This document shows, in pieces, positions 59,453 through 64,000 of a DNA stretch of 64,000 nucleotides. The notes beneath the pieces are model-generated. The model was not told where the DNA came from. It searched no databases and worked only from the letters and a program-made list of their open reading frames with translations. The translations under genes were made by a program, and so were the position numbers. The DNA comes from Candidatus Kryptoniota bacterium (GTDB taxonomy: Bacteria; Bacteroidota; Ignavibacteria; Kryptoniales; JAKASW01), in contig JAHECO010000005.1 in NCBI GenBank assembly GCA_024641705.1, forward strand, positions 98,188 through 162,187, given 5' to 3'. Position 1 is the first letter of the stretch, and each line of letters opens with the position of its first letter.

Positions 59453-59568
59453 ACGAAGAGAGTTAACCCATGAAAGTCGAAAGTTGCATGTTGACTGCTC
59501 ACCTTGACCGCGAAGAGCTTTCAATGGTCCTCTTGCGAGCGACGCAGCGCCGCACCCATGCCTTTACC

Positions 59569-59860
59569 GTCATTGCGAGGAGCTTGGGAGTACATCCGAT
59601 GCGCGAGGAAGCAATCTGCTACCCATGGTGAGTGGTGGTGAAGGGAAGGGGATTGCTTCGAGGTTGTCCCAAAACAAGGAAAATGTCATTCTGAAGGAGC
59701 GGAGCGACTGAAGAATCCACTTATTCGTTCTGAAAAATGGATGCTTCACTTCGTTCAGCATGACAGACAAGACTTTCTGGACAGCCTCTCGCAATGACGG
59801 GTGGAGGAGGGGATTGCTTCGCCCGTCCGTCCAATGTCGGGACGGACTCGCAATGACGGA
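59569..59860 (+). repeat. composite hairpin-repeat block, left copy (outer stem GTCATTGCGA/TCGCAATGAC, inner stem GAAGCAATC/GATTGCTTC, nested variant element, GTCCGTCC/GGACGGAC hairpin)
   Basis: Four modules recur downstream of the GIY-YIG ORF. The 51-nt module 59569-59619 matches 60188-60238 with 3 mismatches. The 15-nt module 59648-59662 equals 60259-60273. The 29-nt module 59789-59817 equals 60290-60318. The 20-nt module 59832-59851 equals 60377-60396. Confidence 0.85.
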
Positions 59861-59880
59861 TTTATGATGGTGCTGAAGAA

Positions 59881-60168
59881 ATGGATAAGACCTTTTGCGT
59901 TTATATCATGACAAACAAATACAACACGGTGCTGTATACCGGGGTAACGAGCGATCTGGCAAGAAGAGTGAGGCAGCACAAGGAAGGAGTTTACCCTGGA
60001 TTTACGAAGAAATACAACGTCACGAAGCTGGTCTACTACGAGGTATGTGATGGCGCTAATGAGGCAATACGACGGGAGAAGCTGATCAAGGGAGGCTCAA
60101 GGAAGAAGAAAGAGGCATTGATCAACAGTGTTAACAGCGAGTGGAGGGATCTGAGTGAAGACATCTGA
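59881..60168 (+). CDS. GIY-YIG nuclease family protein (small stand-alone URI-domain type, COG2827-like)
   Basis: 95 aa. FCVYIMTNKYNTVLYTGVTSDLARRVRQH gives the GIY...YIG motif pair and conserved Arg. YYE...REK follows. Confidence 0.85.
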   Translation: MDKTFCVYIMTNKYNTVLYTGVTSDLARRVRQHKEGVYPGFTKKYNVTKLVYYEVCDGANEAIRREKLIKGGSRKKKEALINSVNSEWRDLSEDI

Positions 60169-60187
60169 TGCACACCGTACCCACAAC

Positions 60188-60405
60188 GTCATTGCGAGGA
60201 GCCTGGGAGCACATCCGATGCGCGACGAAGCAATCTGCTGCGGCGGTGGTTGCGTGAAGGGGATTGCTTCGAGCCGCTGCCGCGGCTCTTCGCAATGACG
60301 GGTGGAGGAGGGGATTGCCCGTCAAAGCCGGATCTCATCCTCCCTAGCCGGGCGGACTCAACTTCGTCCGTCCCTCCAATGTCGGGACGGACTCGCGATG
60401 ACGAG
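60188..60405 (+). repeat. composite hairpin-repeat block, right copy
   Basis: This is a direct repeat of the modules listed for 59569-59860. The double-stem element spans 60188-60299 (112 nt) without the nested insert. An extra ~48 nt lies between the GGGGATTGC module and the GTCCGTCC hairpin. Confidence 0.85.
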
Positions 60406-60418
60406 TTGATTGGCACGC

Positions 60419-60525
60419 GTCCGCCTGCGCCAGGGGCTTCGGCGGACTTTGTGGTCAATTACAGAGCGTCAGTTTCTTTGCATTTCAGTCCGCCTGCGCC
60501 AAAGGCTTCGGCGGACATTGTGGTT
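60419..60525 (+). repeat. two direct copies of a 38-nt hairpin repeat (GTCCGCC-15 nt-GGGCGAC-type stem GTCCGCC/GGCGGAC)
   Basis: Copy one is 60419-60456, GTCCGCCTGCGCCAGGGGCTTCGGCGGACTTTGTGGTC. Copy two is 60488-60525, GTCCGCCTGCGCCAAAGGCTTCGGCGGACATTGTGGTT. Each forms a 7-bp stem. Confidence 0.8.
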
Positions 60526-60586
60526 TCTTGAGGGTCAATGGTTTTATTGCATTTCTGCAAAAATTTCGGCATTTTGAATTAAAAAA

Positions 60587-61174
60587 GTGAAAAGAAAATC
60601 CTCCCTCAACCGCGTAACTCGGGAAACCCAGATTGCGTGTGACGTCAATCTGGATGGAATCGGGAAATACCAGGTTTCGACCGGTATAAAATTCTTCAAC
60701 CACATGCTGGAACTCTTTTCTAAACATAGCCTTATCGACCTGACTCTGAAGGCAAGAGGCGATGTGGAAGTCGATGACCACCATACGGTCGAAGATGTCG
60801 CGATTGTGATAGGAAAATGTGTCGACAAGGCGCTCGGAGACAAGGACGGAATAAACCGCTATGGCAATGCTTACGTGCCGATGGATGAGTCGCTCGCGCG
60901 GTGCGTGATAGATCTGTCGGGAAGAGGACACTGCGTGTTCCACGCGGATTTTTCCCGGCCTAAAGTAAGTGACCTTTCGACCGAAATGATCGAACACTTC
61001 TTCAAATCCATGGCGGAGAATCTTAAGGCGAATATTCATGTTGAGTTACTTTACGGGAAGAATAACCACCACCGCTCGGAGGCAATCTTCAAGGCGTTCG
61101 CCCTCGCCCTCCGGGAAGCGGTCTCTCTGAATCCCCGTATTGTCGGAGTGCAGTCGACGAAAGGGAAGTTGTAG
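60587..61174 (+). CDS. hisB: imidazoleglycerol-phosphate dehydratase
   Basis: 195 aa with a GTG start. RETQIACDVNLDG, FFNHMLELFSKHS, DDHHTVEDVAI and HHRSEAIFKAFALALREA are the IGPD metal-binding motifs. Confidence 0.93.
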   Translation: MKRKSSLNRVTRETQIACDVNLDGIGKYQVSTGIKFFNHMLELFSKHSLIDLTLKARGDVEVDDHHTVEDVAIVIGKCVDKALGDKDGINRYGNAYVPMDESLARCVIDLSGRGHCVFHADFSRPKVSDLSTEMIEHFFKSMAENLKANIHVELLYGKNNHHRSEAIFKAFALALREAVSLNPRIVGVQSTKGKL

Positions 61175-61175
61175 G

Positions 61176-62012
61176 ATGCTAGACAGTAAGAAGATCGGTG
61201 TAATAGGAGCGGGACATATCGGAACGGCCGTCATAGGCGGGCTCGTGCGGGCGAAGCTGACATCTCCGAAGAACATAATTGCCTCGAGGAGAAGCACGAA
61301 CAGCCTCGACGATGTTTCGAAGAGCCTCGGAATTCATATAACGACCGACAACAAGAAGGTCGTCAAGTCGTCGGAAATCGTAATACTAGCCGTGAAGCCG
61401 ATGAACGCGCGCGACGTGATGACGGAAATTAAGGATCTCGTTACGCCGGACCATCTCATCATAAGTGTAATGGCGGGCATTAAGACTTCGTTCATAAATA
61501 ACTTCATGGGGGTGTCGTGTCCGGTCATACGGTCCATGCCCAACACGCCCGTTCTCGTCGACACGGGAGCAACCGCCGTCAGCAAGGGAAGTTTCGCTAC
61601 GGATGAGCATCTTAAGCTGGCGCTTACCATCTTCAAATCGGTGGGGACTGTCGAAGTCGTTCCCGAGAATCTCCTCGATGCCGTGACGGGTCTGAGCGGC
61701 AGCGGTCCGGCCTACATCTACATGGTCATAGAGGCGATGACCGACGGTGGTGTAAAGATGGGAATTCCCAGGCAGATCGCCTTCAGGCTCGCCGCGCAGA
61801 CTGTGCTCGGCGCCGCGAAGCTTGTCATCGAAACCGGAAAGCATCCTGCGATACTGAAGGACGAAGTGACGACTCCGGGCGGTACTGCCATCGCGGCAGT
61901 GCACGAGCTGGAGACTCACGGTCTGCGGACGATGCTGATCAACGCCGTCTCGACGGCGACGGTGAGAAGCAAAGAGCTGAGCAGGATCATAGAAGAGAAT
62001 GAAAGTATCTGA
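61176..62012 (+). CDS. proC: pyrroline-5-carboxylate reductase
   Basis: The track ORF starts at 61140 inside hisB, so ATG 61176 (MLDSKKIGVIGAGHIG) is preferred. RSMPNTP, GSGPAYIYMVIEAM and VTTPGGTAIA motifs are present. Confidence 0.9.
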   Translation: MLDSKKIGVIGAGHIGTAVIGGLVRAKLTSPKNIIASRRSTNSLDDVSKSLGIHITTDNKKVVKSSEIVILAVKPMNARDVMTEIKDLVTPDHLIISVMAGIKTSFINNFMGVSCPVIRSMPNTPVLVDTGATAVSKGSFATDEHLKLALTIFKSVGTVEVVPENLLDAVTGLSGSGPAYIYMVIEAMTDGGVKMGIPRQIAFRLAAQTVLGAAKLVIETGKHPAILKDEVTTPGGTAIAAVHELETHGLRTMLINAVSTATVRSKELSRIIEENESI

Positions 62013-62613
62013 AGTCACGGTCGTAAATTACAGGACCAGCAACCTCCTCTCCATCACCAAGGCACTGGAGACGGTCGGAGCGGACGTGGCGCTGACGCAG
62101 GACCCCGATAGGATAGCAAGGGCCGAGAGGGTGGTGCTCCCGGGAGTCGGCGCGTTCGGAGCCGCGATGCGGAACGTGGACTCGCTCGGTCTTAGGGAGG
62201 CGCTGGTCACGTTCGGGAAGAGCGGGCGCCCGATGCTCGGCATCTGTCTGGGGATGCAGATCCTTTTCAGTGTCAGCTTCGAGCAAGGGATATATTACGG
62301 ACTGGCGCTTGTCCCGGGTGAGGTGGTTGCGTTCCCGAAAGATTCGGCTTTGAAAGTCCCGCACATGGGATGGAACCAGGTCGGGTTCCGCAGGGATTCG
62401 AGACTCTTCGACGGCCTGCGGGACAAACAGTACGCATATTTTGTTCATTCATATTATGTCCGGGCAAACAAGGATTACGTGGCAGGCGCGACAGACTACG
62501 GCGTGGTCTTTCCGTCGATTGTAGAGAGCGGGAATATTTTCGGAATACAATTCCATCCCGAGAAGAGTCAGAGCTTTGGTTTGAAAATATTGGAGAATTT
62601 CCTGAGTGTTTAG
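61999..62613 (+). CDS. hisH: imidazole glycerol phosphate synthase, glutamine amidotransferase subunit
   Basis: 204 aa. LPGVGAFG, GICLGMQ (nucleophile Cys) and FHPEKS form the triad region. Confidence 0.92.
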   Translation: MKVSEVTVVNYRTSNLLSITKALETVGADVALTQDPDRIARAERVVLPGVGAFGAAMRNVDSLGLREALVTFGKSGRPMLGICLGMQILFSVSFEQGIYYGLALVPGEVVAFPKDSALKVPHMGWNQVGFRRDSRLFDGLRDKQYAYFVHSYYVRANKDYVAGATDYGVVFPSIVESGNIFGIQFHPEKSQSFGLKILENFLSV

Positions 62614-63378
62614 ATGATACTTGTTATACCCGCAATTGACTTGAGACAGGGGCGCTGCGTGCGGCTTGTGAAGGGTGAGGCCGGGACCGACAAAATCTAC
62701 TCCGACGATCCCACCCGCATGGCTGTCATATGGCGCGGTGAGAACTTCAAGGCGCTCCATGTCGTGGATCTGGACGGTGCTTTCGAGGGAAGGCCGATAA
62801 ATTTTCCGGCACTGAAGGCCATCGTCGAGGCCGTGGATATACCGGTCGAGTTCGGCGGAGGTCTCCGGTCTTATGAGACCGTGAAGCAGGCGTTTGAAAT
62901 CGGCATTTACCGTGCGATAATCGGGACTGCAGCCGTCAAAGATGAGGATCTCCTCATGAAGCTTCTGCAGGAGTACGGACCGCGGAGAATCGCCGTCGGT
63001 ATAGACATGCTGGATGGAATCGTTCAGATAAAAGGCTGGCAGGACTCGAGCGGGCTCTCCGCCGTGGAGCTCGGGAAGAAGTTGAAGGAGCGCGGTGTGG
63101 CGAGGGTGATTTATACCGACATATCCCGCGACGGCACGCTGAAGGGCGCGAACACCGAGGCGATGAAGGAATTCGCCGTAGAAACCGGTTTGCGTGTGAC
63201 TGCATCCGGTGGCGTTAAATCGTACGAAGACCTGATACGGCTGCAGGAACTCGAGCCGTTCGGTGTCGACTCCGTCATAGTCGGGAAGGCCCTCTACGAA
63301 AACAAGTTTCCGTGCGTCGACCTCTGGCGGCAGAACGAGAAAGTGCTCGACGATCTCGGCCCGACGCGTAGAAGCTAG
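62614..63378 (+). CDS. hisA: 1-(5-phosphoribosyl)-5-[(5-phosphoribosylamino)methylideneamino]imidazole-4-carboxamide isomerase
   Basis: 254 aa. MILVIPAIDLRQGRCVRL, HVVDLDGA, EFGGGLR, YTDISRDGT and GVDSVIVGKALY are present. Confidence 0.92.
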   Translation: MILVIPAIDLRQGRCVRLVKGEAGTDKIYSDDPTRMAVIWRGENFKALHVVDLDGAFEGRPINFPALKAIVEAVDIPVEFGGGLRSYETVKQAFEIGIYRAIIGTAAVKDEDLLMKLLQEYGPRRIAVGIDMLDGIVQIKGWQDSSGLSAVELGKKLKERGVARVIYTDISRDGTLKGANTEAMKEFAVETGLRVTASGGVKSYEDLIRLQELEPFGVDSVIVGKALYENKFPCVDLWRQNEKVLDDLGPTRRS

Positions 63379-63535
63379 CGGGCTTGCTCATATCGGGAAC
63401 GCATTGCCTGAATCGAAGACGTTTCCCATGTCTCCCTTCGCCCGGGGAGCTTACTGCAGTTAAACACAGACATTCTGAAGGTTCGATTTACATGATAGAG
63501 AACTCGGCCACGAGTGAAGTACAGGGGCTCGCGAG

Positions 63536-64000
63536 ATGCTAGCGAAGCGTATAATCCCGTGCCTGGATGTTAACGCCGGGAGAGTGGTAAAGGGAATTAA
63601 TTTCGTAAACCTGACGGACGCCGGCGACCCGGTGGAATCGGCGAAGCTGTACGAGAAGGAGGGAGCCGATGAGATCGTCTTCCTCGACATAACGGCAAGC
63701 GTCGACAATCGTGCCACGATGGTGAATGTTGTCCGGCGGACTGCGGAGACTATTTTCCTGCCGCTGACGGTCGGCGGCGGCATCAGGACCGTTGACGACA
63801 TACGACGCATGCTTTCCAACGGGGCGGACAAGGTGAGCCTCAACACCGCTGCCGTGCGTGACCCCGACCTGATCTCGCGCGGCGCCGAGGAGTTCGGAGT
63901 ACAATGCATAGTTGTGGCTATCGATGCCAAGCGAACGAATGGAACAAGCGATGCGCAGCCTGCAGACGCGGAGTTAATCGAGAAGGTTGGACATCCCGTG
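63536..64000 (+). CDS. hisF: imidazole glycerol phosphate synthase cyclase subunit, 3'-truncated by window edge
   Basis: Absent from the ORF track because it runs off the window. From ATG 63536 it reads [55 protein letters not shown]...LTVGGGIRT...[12 protein letters not shown]. The frame is open to 64000. Confidence 0.9.
   Translation, partial: MLAKRIIPCLDVNAGRVVKGINFVNLTDAGDPVESAKLYEKEGADEIVFLDITASVDNRATMVNVVRRTAETIFLPLTVGGGIRTVDDIRRMLSNGADKVSLNTAAVRDPDLISRGAEEFGVQCIVVAIDAKRTNGTSDAQPADAELIEKVGHPV

Overview
This is a chromosomal, mostly housekeeping window from a diderm bacterium. A TonB-dependent receptor, an outer-membrane beta-barrel protein and many lipobox lipoproteins support that. 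GC looks moderately high by eye. I cannot assign a taxon from sequence alone.

I support about 58 protein-coding genes, densely packed and often joined by 4-nt ATGA/GTGA overlaps.
- DNA and RNA functions: recJ, yebC-ruvC-ruvA, rho, holA, mnmA and a SpoU methyltransferase.
- Chaperones: dnaK and clpB.
- Biosynthesis: alr, pyrK-pyrD, folC, hisB-proC-hisH-hisA-hisF and uppP.
- Acyl-CoA metabolism: thiolase, hbd, an acyl-CoA dehydrogenase, a crotonase, an acyl-CoA ligase and a PaaI thioesterase.
- Other metabolism and envelope: lutABC plus a bi-domain oxidoreductase, two large glycoside hydrolases, and an MFS transporter next to the TonB-dependent receptor.
- A complete AmmeMemoRadiSam triad.
- One type-A RNase P RNA (rnpB), wedged between an RNase H gene and recJ.
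- Two edge-truncated genes that are missing from the ORF track: an SDR at 1..716 (-) and hisF at 63536..64000 (+).

I saw no rRNA, tRNA, CRISPR array, transposase or integrase.

The one clearly non-ordinary stretch is the roughly 1.8-kb gap between clpB and hisB (58.8-60.6 kb). It holds three things:
- a phase-locked 21-nt array of ATGCGGAAAGAT-like boxes;
- a solo 95-aa GIY-YIG nuclease gene flanked by direct copies of a composite double-hairpin repeat, one copy carrying a nested element;
- a further pair of hairpin repeats just upstream of hisB.

Secondary points of interest:
- a translationally coupled operon of a cNMP/GAF histidine kinase, a macro domain protein and a SAM methyltransferase;
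- the AmmeMemoRadiSam triad chained to DUF2520 and nucleotidyltransferase genes;
- a promoter, small ORF and terminator unit just upstream of nif3.

All calls come from reading the sequence and the ORF translations. No database searches were run.
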